Of a DNA stretch of 64,000 bases, positions 18,019-25,399 are shown one piece after another (position 1 is the first letter of the stretch; each line of letters starts with the position of its first letter). Below the pieces are notes generated by a model, which was given only the letters and a program-made list of their open reading frames with translations, ran no database searches and was not told the origin of the DNA. Made by a program: the position numbers and the translations under genes. The DNA comes from Steroidobacteraceae bacterium (GTDB lineage: Bacteria; Pseudomonadota; Gammaproteobacteria; Steroidobacterales; Steroidobacteraceae), in assembly GCA_035481975.1 (NCBI GenBank), contig DATHRC010000008.1:15877-79876 (forward strand), read 5' to 3'.

Positions 18019-19302
18019 GTGAACGCCTGCGAGCAGAGTGTGACCTCCGCTGCGGAGCACAGCCCCGCCGCCGCACCGACGCCGGTGTCGGCGGAGCTGC
18101 GGCCGCAGACGCTCGCACCCGACCGCGGCTTCGATCACTGGCTGCTGTCGCGGTTGCACGCGGCGCTCGGGTCCCCGCCGCTGGAGCTGGCCGTGCGCAA
18201 CGGCGCACGCGTGGGCACCGCCGCCGCGGTCGCGAAGGTGACTTTCGCAACCCGCGGTACGCTGCTGTCGGTCCTGTGGGATCCGGCGATGCGCTTCGGC
18301 GACGCCTACAGCGACGGCCGGGTGACGGTCGATGGGGATCTGGTCGAGATGCTGGAGAGCGTCTACCGCGCCGGCCAAACTTCCGGGCCGCCGTCGCTGC
18401 TGCGCCGTTGCATCACGGCGCTGCATCGGCCGCACCGCAACACGCCCGCCGGATCGCGCGACAACATCCATCGTCATTACGACATCGGCAACGAGTTCTA
18501 CGCGCTGTGGCTCGGCCGCACGATGGCATACACCTGCGCCTATTACCCGACGCCGGCGGTGAGCCTCGACGCGGCGCAGGTCGCCAAGATGGATCACGTC
18601 TGCCGCAAGCTGCGGCTGCAGCCCGGGGAGAGCGTGGTGGAGGCCGGGTGCGGCTGGGGTACGCTGGCGCTGCACATGGCGCGCCACTACGGCGTGCGCG
18701 TGCGTGCCTTCAACATCTCGCACCAGCAGATCGCCTGGGCGCGCGAGCAGGCCGCGCGCGCCGGTGTCGGCGGCCGTGTCGAGTATGTCGAGGACGACTA
18801 TCGCAACATCACCGGCCACTACGACGCCTTCGTCTCGGTCGGCATGCTCGAGCACGTCGGGCTCGCCAATTACCCGACCCTCGGGCACGTGGCGCAGCGC
18901 TGCCTCGGTGGGCGCGGCCGCGGCCTGATTCATTCGATCGGCCGCAACTGGCCGGCACGGCTGCAGCCGTGGATCGAGAAGCGCATCTTCCCGGGCGCCT
19001 ATCCGCCCGCGCTCGGGGAGATGATGCGTATCTTCGAGCCGTGGGACCTGTCGGTGCTCGATGTCGAGAATCTGCGCCTGCACTACGCGCTGACGCTGCG
19101 CCACTGGCTGGCGTTGTTCGAGGGCGCGCGCGAGCGGGTGCGCGACATGTTCGATGAGAAGTTCGTGCGCATGTGGCGGCTGTATCTGGCCGGCTCGGTG
19201 GCCGGCTTCACCACCGGCACGTTGCAGCTGTTCCAGATCGTCTTCGCTCCCGGCACGAGCAACGACATCCCCTTGACGCGCGCCCACCTGTACAGCCGCT
19301 GA
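18019..19302 (+). CDS. cfa: cyclopropane-fatty-acyl-phospholipid synthase family methyltransferase
   Basis: 427 aa with a GTG start. Motifs are HYDIGNEFYALWLGRTMAYTCAYY, the SAM motif VVEAGCGWGTLALHMA and LRLHYALTLRHW, as in Cfa and mycolic-acid-methyltransferase-like enzymes. Confidence 0.9.
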   Translation: MNACEQSVTSAAEHSPAAAPTPVSAELRPQTLAPDRGFDHWLLSRLHAALGSPPLELAVRNGARVGTAAAVAKVTFATRGTLLSVLWDPAMRFGDAYSDGRVTVDGDLVEMLESVYRAGQTSGPPSLLRRCITALHRPHRNTPAGSRDNIHRHYDIGNEFYALWLGRTMAYTCAYYPTPAVSLDAAQVAKMDHVCRKLRLQPGESVVEAGCGWGTLALHMARHYGVRVRAFNISHQQIAWAREQAARAGVGGRVEYVEDDYRNITGHYDAFVSVGMLEHVGLANYPTLGHVAQRCLGGRGRGLIHSIGRNWPARLQPWIEKRIFPGAYPPALGEMMRIFEPWDLSVLDVENLRLHYALTLRHWLALFEGARERVRDMFDEKFVRMWRLYLAGSVAGFTTGTLQLFQIVFAPGTSNDIPLTRAHLYSR

Positions 19303-19317
19303 GCACGCCGCCGCTCC

Positions 19318-20319
19318 ATGCGCACCTGTGATGTGCTCATCGTCGGCGGCGGCCCGGCCGGCTCGACCGCCGCCTGGCAGCTGCGCCTTGCCGGCGCCGA
19401 CGTGCTGGTGCTCGATCGTGAGCGCTTTCCGCGCCTCAAGCTATGCGCCGGCTGGATCACGCCGGAGGTGGTGCGTGAGTTAGAGCTGGACCTGGCGAGC
19501 TACCCGCACCGCCTGCTGACCTTTCCGCGTCTGCGGGTGCACGTCGGACGGCTGCACCTGCCGGTGGCGTGCGTGCAGCATTCGATCCGCCGCGTGGAGT
19601 GGGACGCCTGGCTGCTGGAGCGCTCCGGCGCTGAAGTGGTGCAGCACAACGTGCGCCACATCGTCCCCGACGGTGACGGTTACCTCATCGACGACGCCTT
19701 CCGCTGCCGCTTTCTTGTCGGCGCCGGGGGCACGCGCTGCCCGGTCTATCGGGAGCTGTTCCGCGAGCTCAATCCGCGCGCCAGCGAGCTGCAGATCGTC
19801 ACCCTCGAGCAGGAGATCCGCTACGACTGGCAGGACTCCGACTGTCACCTGTGGTTCTTCGATCATGGACTGCCCGGCTACTCGTGGTACGTGCCCAAGG
19901 AGCGGGGCTGGCTCAACGTCGGCCTGGGTGGCATCGCCGAGCGGATGAAGAAAGGTGGCCAGGATCTGCGCGCCCATTGGGCGCACCTCGCCGCGCAGCT
20001 CGAGCGCGGCCTCGCCCCGGGGGCGCACTACGATCCGGGCGGCTACAGCTACTACCTGCGCGGGCGGGTCGAGGTCGTGCGGCGCGGCAACGCGTTCATC
20101 ACCGGGGATGCGGCTGGGCTGGCCACGCGCGATCTGGGCGAGGGGATCGGGCCGGCGGTGCGCAGCGGCCTGCGTGCGGCGCGCGCCATCGTGGCGGGCG
20201 AGCCCTACGGGCTCGAGGACGTCACCGGCCTGTCCGTCAGCAGCATCGCGCGCAGCATGCTCGACCGCCTGGTGCATGCCGGCGCACTGTCGGCCCGGCA
20301 GCGGCGCGCGCCGCAGTGA
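19318..20319 (+). CDS. FAD-dependent oxidoreductase (geranylgeranyl-reductase-family-like)
   Basis: 333 aa. The dinucleotide-binding motif is DVLIVGGGPAGSTAAWQL. VGAGGTRCPV and GDAAGLATRDLGEGI are also present. There is a 15-nt gap after cfa. Confidence 0.85.
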   Translation: MRTCDVLIVGGGPAGSTAAWQLRLAGADVLVLDRERFPRLKLCAGWITPEVVRELELDLASYPHRLLTFPRLRVHVGRLHLPVACVQHSIRRVEWDAWLLERSGAEVVQHNVRHIVPDGDGYLIDDAFRCRFLVGAGGTRCPVYRELFRELNPRASELQIVTLEQEIRYDWQDSDCHLWFFDHGLPGYSWYVPKERGWLNVGLGGIAERMKKGGQDLRAHWAHLAAQLERGLAPGAHYDPGGYSYYLRGRVEVVRRGNAFITGDAAGLATRDLGEGIGPAVRSGLRAARAIVAGEPYGLEDVTGLSVSSIARSMLDRLVHAGALSARQRRAPQ

Positions 20320-20328
20320 GGAGCGCAC

Positions 20329-20718
20329 ATGGCCTACGTTACCGTCATCAATGAGCATCAGCACGTGCAGCAGATCGTCTCGGGGCATCACCATCTCACG
20401 GCGGACGAGGCGCTCGCCGCCGGCGGCAGCGATGCCGGCTTCGCGCCGCGCGAGCTGCTGCTCGCGAGCCTCGGCGCCGATACCGCGGTCGCGCTGCGCA
20501 AGCATGCGATGCACCACGACTGGACGCTCGGCAAGATCACCGTGGGCGTGCGCTGGTCGCGCGACAGCGCCGGCCAGGATCACATCGAGCGGCGCTTGTC
20601 CTTCAGCAAGGCGTTGACGGCGGAGCAGAAGTCGGCGCTGCTGGAGGCGGCGGCGGCGGCACCGGTCGCGCGCGTGCTCACCGCCGGCATTCGCATCCAG
20701 TCGACCGTGGTGGATTGA
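20329..20718 (+). CDS. OsmC-family protein
   Basis: 129 aa in a compact alpha/beta OsmC-like pattern (FAPRELLLASLGADTAVAL...). It lies 9 nt after the oxidoreductase. The family call is by eye only. Confidence 0.7.
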   Translation: MAYVTVINEHQHVQQIVSGHHHLTADEALAAGGSDAGFAPRELLLASLGADTAVALRKHAMHHDWTLGKITVGVRWSRDSAGQDHIERRLSFSKALTAEQKSALLEAAAAAPVARVLTAGIRIQSTVVD

Positions 20719-20740
20719 GCGGGCGCGCGTCACGCGCAAA

Positions 20741-20763
20741 GCCGCTGCTTCGCAAACAGCGGC
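20741..20763. terminator. candidate hairpin between the convergent OsmC and response-regulator genes
   Basis: The sequence is GCCGCTG-cttcgcaaa-CAGCGGC, a 7-bp stem with a 9-nt loop. There is no U-tract. Confidence 0.3.
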
Positions 20764-20802
20764 CGCGGGATGTCGCGGCAGGGCCAGCGCGTTCGGCGGT
20801 GT

Positions 20803-21432
20803 CTAAGCCTGCGTGACGCCGCGGCGGATGGCGTAGCGCACCAGGCCGGCGGTGTCGTGGATGTCGAGCTTGCGCATGAGCTTCGAGCGGTGCGATTCGA
20901 CGGTCTTGGCGCTGATCCCGAGCCGCGCGGCGATCGCCTTGGTGGAAGCGCCCTCGGCGATCAGCTGCAGCACCTGGCGCTCGCGCACCGACAGCCCATT
21001 GGCGCGCGGGCGCTCCGAGCTGTAGGCCTCGGCGACCGCGCTCGCCACACCGGGGCTCAGGTACACCTCGCCGCGGCATACCCCTTCGATGGCGCGCACC
21101 AGGTCGCGTGCGGCCTGGTTCTTCAGCACATAGCCCTTCGCTCCGCAGCGCAGGGCCTCGGCGACATACAGCGGCTCGTCGTGCTGGGTGAGCACGACCA
21201 GGCGCACGTGGGGACAGGTCTGGGCGAGCTCGAGCGCCGCGTTCAGGCCGTTGAACTGCGGCATGCCGATGTCCATCACCGCGACATCGGGATTCTCGCT
21301 GCGCACCAGGCGCACCGCCTCGCGGCCATCGGCGGCTTCGCCGACCACGAGGAAACCGGCCTTCTCGAGCAGCGAGCGCAGTGCCTGGCGCACGAGCACG
21401 TGGTCGTCGGCCAATACCAGGCGGATGCTCAT
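20803..21432 (-). CDS. NarL/FixJ-family response regulator (REC + LuxR-type HTH), no adjacent kinase
   Basis: The start was moved to ATG 21432 (verified), giving MSIRLVLADDHVLVRQ. The receiver Asp lies in the context VAVMDIGMP. The HTH region reads LSVRERQVLQLIAEGASTKAIAARLGISAKTVESHRSKLMRKL. Confidence 0.9.
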   Translation of the reverse strand: MSIRLVLADDHVLVRQALRSLLEKAGFLVVGEAADGREAVRLVRSENPDVAVMDIGMPQFNGLNAALELAQTCPHVRLVVLTQHDEPLYVAEALRCGAKGYVLKNQAARDLVRAIEGVCRGEVYLSPGVASAVAEAYSSERPRANGLSVRERQVLQLIAEGASTKAIAARLGISAKTVESHRSKLMRKLDIHDTAGLVRYAIRRGVTQA

Positions 21433-21782
21433 TGCGGCACCCCGCCGATGGCAACTGTCGCGTTCATCGCACTCCTGCGCACGCCGTCGCGGATAGGGGG
21501 GAAGGATGCACTGCCGGCAGACCCGGCGCAAAGGCGCAGCACCACAGTGCGGCGCCTCGTCGGGCGGTGGACATTGCCTGGCATCCTTCGGGCAACGCCC
21601 GTGTCGCAGCGGCCAGCGCCCTCAGGGCGGGGACGAGTGCGCGGCGTCGTGCCGCCTGGAATTACATAATACGCCCTTGTACGCGCAGCCGCACACGCCC
21701 ACTGTCGGCGCCCGACGCTTGCTTTTGCGGGCGTAGCGCGCGCGCGGCGTCAGCCGGGAACGTTATCTCACTTTGACCATTG

Positions 21783-21812
21783 TTGACTTGCGCTCCGCGG
21801 GCGGCGTACGTT
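21783..21812 (+). promoter_or_regulatory. possible sigma70-type promoter upstream of the peptidase gene
   Basis: TTGACT (21783-21788), an 18-nt spacer, then TACGTT (21807-21812), about 110 nt upstream of ATG 21925. This is pattern match only. Confidence 0.25.
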
Positions 21813-21924
21813 CCACCCCTAACGAAGAAGCCACGCCCGCGCGTGAGGGATGATGCGCCGGCCGCAGCGTGCGCCTCGTCATCGCGACACGGACAGAACA
21901 ACGCAAGAACAGGGAAAGGGAGCC

Positions 21925-24900
21925 ATGAATCCTGCAACTGTGCTCAAGGCCGTCGTCACGGCCGCCGTCACCGTCATTCTTTCCGCCAGCACCCTGTCCG
22001 CCGCGACGGCCGCGGCGCCGGCACTGAAGCGAAACGTCATCGTCATCCTGCGCGATCAGATGCCGATGCTGCCCGCAGTGCGCGGGCAGCGCGAGGCGCG
22101 CGCCGGGGCGCTGGCCTCGGCCCAAGCGCCGATCGTTTCCCACCTGCAGGCCTCCGGCGCAGCGCGCATCCGTGGCTTCGCGCTGATCAACGCGGTGGCG
22201 GCCAACGTCACGGCCGATGAGGAGCAGGCACTCGCCGCGCACCCGCTGGTGCAGGCGGTGGTGCCGGAGCGGGTGATCAAGCTGCCGCGTGCGGCGAATG
22301 CCCGCGCGGCGTTCGCCGGCGGCAACAGCGGCGCGGTCGCCGGCGGCGGCGCCGACGCCCGGCTGTGCAACACGCTCGAGCCCGAGGCGCTGCAGCTCAC
22401 CAACACCGCCTTCCTCGATCCGAGCGTGCCGCAGGCGCAGCGCGTGCGTGACGGCAACGGCGAATTCGTCACCGGCAAGGGTGTCAAGGTCGCCTGGATC
22501 GCCGACGGGCTCGACCCGACCATCCAGGGGTTCATCCACACCGACGGCACGCCGGTGTTCATCGACTACCAGAATTTCTCCGGCGATCCGGCCGGCACGC
22601 CCACCGGCAGCGGCGAGGCTTTCGGCGATGCGAGCTCCATCGCGGCGAACGACACGCCCAACGGCAAGGTGCTCAGCTTCGACATCAGCCAGTACGTCGA
22701 CAAAGCGCTCGGGACGCTGCCGCCCGGTGCATGCAACATCCGCATCCGCGGCATGGCCCCGGGCGCCTCGGTCGTGGGCCTTAAGGCCTTCTCGGCGCTC
22801 GGCGTCACCACCAACACCGCGATCGCTCAGGCGATCGAGTACGCCGTGGTCCATGACGATGTGGACGTGATCAACGAGTCCTTCGGCGGTAACCCGTTCC
22901 CGGACAACGACAACGATCCGATCGCGCTCGCCGACCAGGCCGCGGTACGCGGCGGCGTGGTGGTCGTGGTGAGCACCGGTGACGCCGGCTTCAACGGCAC
23001 CATGGGCACCCCGTCCACCGATCCCTTGGTGATCTCCTCCGGTGCCACCACGCAGCTACGGCTGTACCGGCAGGTGGGCTATGGAGCGGCGTTCTTTGCC
23101 AGCAACGGCTGGCTGAGCAACAACCTCTCGGCATTCAGCTCCGGCGGCTTCAGCATGAGCGGGCCGCGCGTGCCCGACACCGTCGCCCCGGGCGATGTCG
23201 GCTGGGCGCTGTGCGCACCGCTCGCCGAAACGGCGCTGTTCACCGAATGCGACGCGCCGCTGGGGGGCGAGGCGAAGCCGCCCGCCATCCAGATCTTCGG
23301 TGGCACCAGCGAGTCCTCACCGCTTACCGCCGGTGAAGCGGCGCTCATCATCCAGGCCTATCGCAGCACGCACCACGGCCACGATCCCTCGCCCGCGCTC
23401 GTCAAAGAGATCATCATGAGCACGGCGACCGACCTCGGCGCGCCGCCCAGCGAGCAGGGGGCGGGACTGATCAACGCGCTCGCCGCGGTCAACGCGGCGC
23501 TGTCGGTGCGGGATCAGAACGGCGGGGCGGGGCCGAGCGGCAACAGCCTGCTGAACAACCCGACCAACGTCAGCATCACCGATCTGCCGCGCGCACCGGA
23601 GAGTGTGACGGTGGCGATCACCAACACCGGCAGCGTGAAGCAGCTGCTCGAGCCCGAACTGCAGGTACTCGGGCCGCCGATCGCCGGCGCGACCACCACG
23701 GTGACGCTGGCGAAAAGCGACCCGATCTTCCCGAGTCCCGCCGGGCTGCCGCGCAACTACGTACTGCAGCACTTCACCGTACCTGAGGGTGCAGAGCACC
23801 TGGATGCGGCGATCGCCTGGCAGGTGAACCCGTTCACGGGTCCGGCGGTCACTGTCGATCTCGGCCTCATCGATCCGTCCGGCAAGGATGCGGGCTATAC
23901 CATTCCGCAGGGGGCCTCGAGCGCCTACGGGCATTTCGACGTCAACCACCCGGCAGCGGGGACGTGGACCGCGGTCATCTGGACGTCGGCCGTGAGCGAT
24001 AGTTACTACGGGCCGGTGGTATTCAGCTGGACCGCCGAGCGCTACGTGAAGTTCGGCTCGGTGTCGCCGGCGAGCTTCGAGCTGGCGCCGGGCGCGACGC
24101 AGTGGATCACGGCGCGCTTCAGCATGCCGGCGCAGCCGGGGGATGAGGCGGTCGCGATTCGCTTCGCCGGCAATGCGTCGCACGCGGAAGTTCCGATTGT
24201 GCTGCGCGCGCTGGTGCCGACCGGGCCGAACGGCGGCTTCTTCAATGGCACGCTGACCGGCGGCAACGGCCGCGGCTCGACCGGGCCGACGCAGACCTTT
24301 GCCTTCGACGTGCCGCCCGGGGTCAAGAACATGAGTCTGTCCGTGCAGGACTCCGACAGCTTCTGGCTGCTGGAGGGTCTGCTGGTGGCGCCCGATGGCA
24401 TGCAGCTGTCGGTCGAGCCGAACTTCGATGCGAACGAAAATCCCACGGTCACCATGCAGCTGAATCGTGCCCAGCCGGCGCCCGGTCGCTGGCGCTTCAT
24501 CCTGCTGCAGAATCTGTTCGCCTCGGGCAACGAGACGAGCCTGCCGTTCACCGCGCAGATCAACTTCAACGCGGCGCAGGTGAATGCCACAGGCCTGCCG
24601 CAGAATCCACATACCAAGCTGTCAGTGGCTGCCGGAGCGGTGAGCGTGCCGATCACGATCACCAACACCGGCGGGCTGGCGCAGGCATATTTCGCGGATG
24701 CGCGGCTCGAGGGCGCCCTGACGACGCTCACGTTCGGGACCTTCCCGGTATGCGGTGGACCACCCCCACTGACGCAGCTGCCGTATGCCTGCTTCGGTAC
24801 GTTCCTGCCGACGCAGGTGAAGAGCGCCCAGTTCATCGCGCAGGCGGGAGCGCCGATCACCATGGATGCGGCCGGCGACACGGGTTACCTGGTCGGCGTC

Positions 24901-25326
24901 ACCGGCGCACCGGATCTCACCGCGCGCTCGGTCGGGCCGAATACGGTGGTCGCTTCCATCACCGAGTCCGAAGTGCCGTGGGGCGAGTGGGAGATGTTTC
25001 CGACGCTGATCGGTCCTTACGGGCCCGCGGGCGCACCGACGACCCCGGTGAGCACCAGCGTGGCGCTGGAGCTGAAGCCCTTCGACGCGACGGTCACGTC
25101 CGACCACGGCGACCTCTGGTCCGATGTGACCTTCGGCACCAGCACGTTCAATCCGCTGGTGCTGGGCCCGGGTGCGACCGGCACGATCAACGTGACCATC
25201 ACGCCGAGCGCCTCGCAGGTCGGCACGACCGTGCACGGGATCATCTACGTCGATACGTTCAACGCGGTCGTTCAGACCGGCGATGAGGTGGTGGGCATTC
25301 CGTACAGCTACACCGTCACGCGCTGA
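21925..25326 (+). CDS. clan SB (S8/S53) serine peptidase with sedolisin-like active-site motifs, an I9-like propeptide and a ~620-aa beta-rich C-terminal extension
   Basis: The start was moved to ATG 21925 (verified; GGGAAAGGGAG lies upstream). A signal peptide and a propeptide-like region are present. Motifs are VAWIADGLD, SGEAFGD (Glu codon at 22615-22617), VSTGDAG and GGTSESSPLTAGEAALI (Ser codon at 23308-23310). No HGTH motif is present. Confidence 0.85.
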   Translation: MNPATVLKAVVTAAVTVILSASTLSAATAAAPALKRNVIVILRDQMPMLPAVRGQREARAGALASAQAPIVSHLQASGAARIRGFALINAVAANVTADEEQALAAHPLVQAVVPERVIKLPRAANARAAFAGGNSGAVAGGGADARLCNTLEPEALQLTNTAFLDPSVPQAQRVRDGNGEFVTGKGVKVAWIADGLDPTIQGFIHTDGTPVFIDYQNFSGDPAGTPTGSGEAFGDASSIAANDTPNGKVLSFDISQYVDKALGTLPPGACNIRIRGMAPGASVVGLKAFSALGVTTNTAIAQAIEYAVVHDDVDVINESFGGNPFPDNDNDPIALADQAAVRGGVVVVVSTGDAGFNGTMGTPSTDPLVISSGATTQLRLYRQVGYGAAFFASNGWLSNNLSAFSSGGFSMSGPRVPDTVAPGDVGWALCAPLAETALFTECDAPLGGEAKPPAIQIFGGTSESSPLTAGEAALIIQAYRSTHHGHDPSPALVKEIIMSTATDLGAPPSEQGAGLINALAAVNAALSVRDQNGGAGPSGNSLLNNPTNVSITDLPRAPESVTVAITNTGSVKQLLEPELQVLGPPIAGATTTVTLAKSDPIFPSPAGLPRNYVLQHFTVPEGAEHLDAAIAWQVNPFTGPAVTVDLGLIDPSGKDAGYTIPQGASSAYGHFDVNHPAAGTWTAVIWTSAVSDSYYGPVVFSWTAERYVKFGSVSPASFELAPGATQWITARFSMPAQPGDEAVAIRFAGNASHAEVPIVLRALVPTGPNGGFFNGTLTGGNGRGSTGPTQTFAFDVPPGVKNMSLSVQDSDSFWLLEGLLVAPDGMQLSVEPNFDANENPTVTMQLNRAQPAPGRWRFILLQNLFASGNETSLPFTAQINFNAAQVNATGLPQNPHTKLSVAAGAVSVPITITNTGGLAQAYFADARLEGALTTLTFGTFPVCGGPPPLTQLPYACFGTFLPTQVKSAQFIAQAGAPITMDAAGDTGYLVGVTGAPDLTARSVGPNTVVASITESEVPWGEWEMFPTLIGPYGPAGAPTTPVSTSVALELKPFDATVTSDHGDLWSDVTFGTSTFNPLVLGPGATGTINVTITPSASQVGTTVHGIIYVDTFNAVVQTGDEVVGIPYSYTVTR

Positions 25327-25340
25327 AGCGGGAACCTGCA

Positions 25341-25368
25341 GCGCCCGGCCGCATGAGCGGCCGGGCGC
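25341..25368. terminator. GC-rich bidirectional hairpin between the convergent peptidase and adhesin genes
   Basis: GCGCCCGGCCGC-atga-GCGGCCGGGCGC is a perfect 12-bp stem with a 4-nt loop. It lies 15 nt after the peptidase stop and 32 nt after the minus-strand stop at 25400. There is no U-tract on either strand. Confidence 0.6.
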
Positions 25369-25399
25369 TACCGCGGCGCGAATACGATCGGCGGCGCGC

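Noticed and set aside
21925-25326. The peptidase called as an ordinary subtilisin (S8, Asp-His-Ser).
   Set aside because: The position that should hold the HGTH histidine motif reads GEAFGD, and the oxyanion-Asn position reads TGD. The only nearby His (IHTDGT, 11 residues after the Asp motif) is too close to serve as the subtilisin His. The family is therefore left as clan SB with a sedolisin-like hypothesis.
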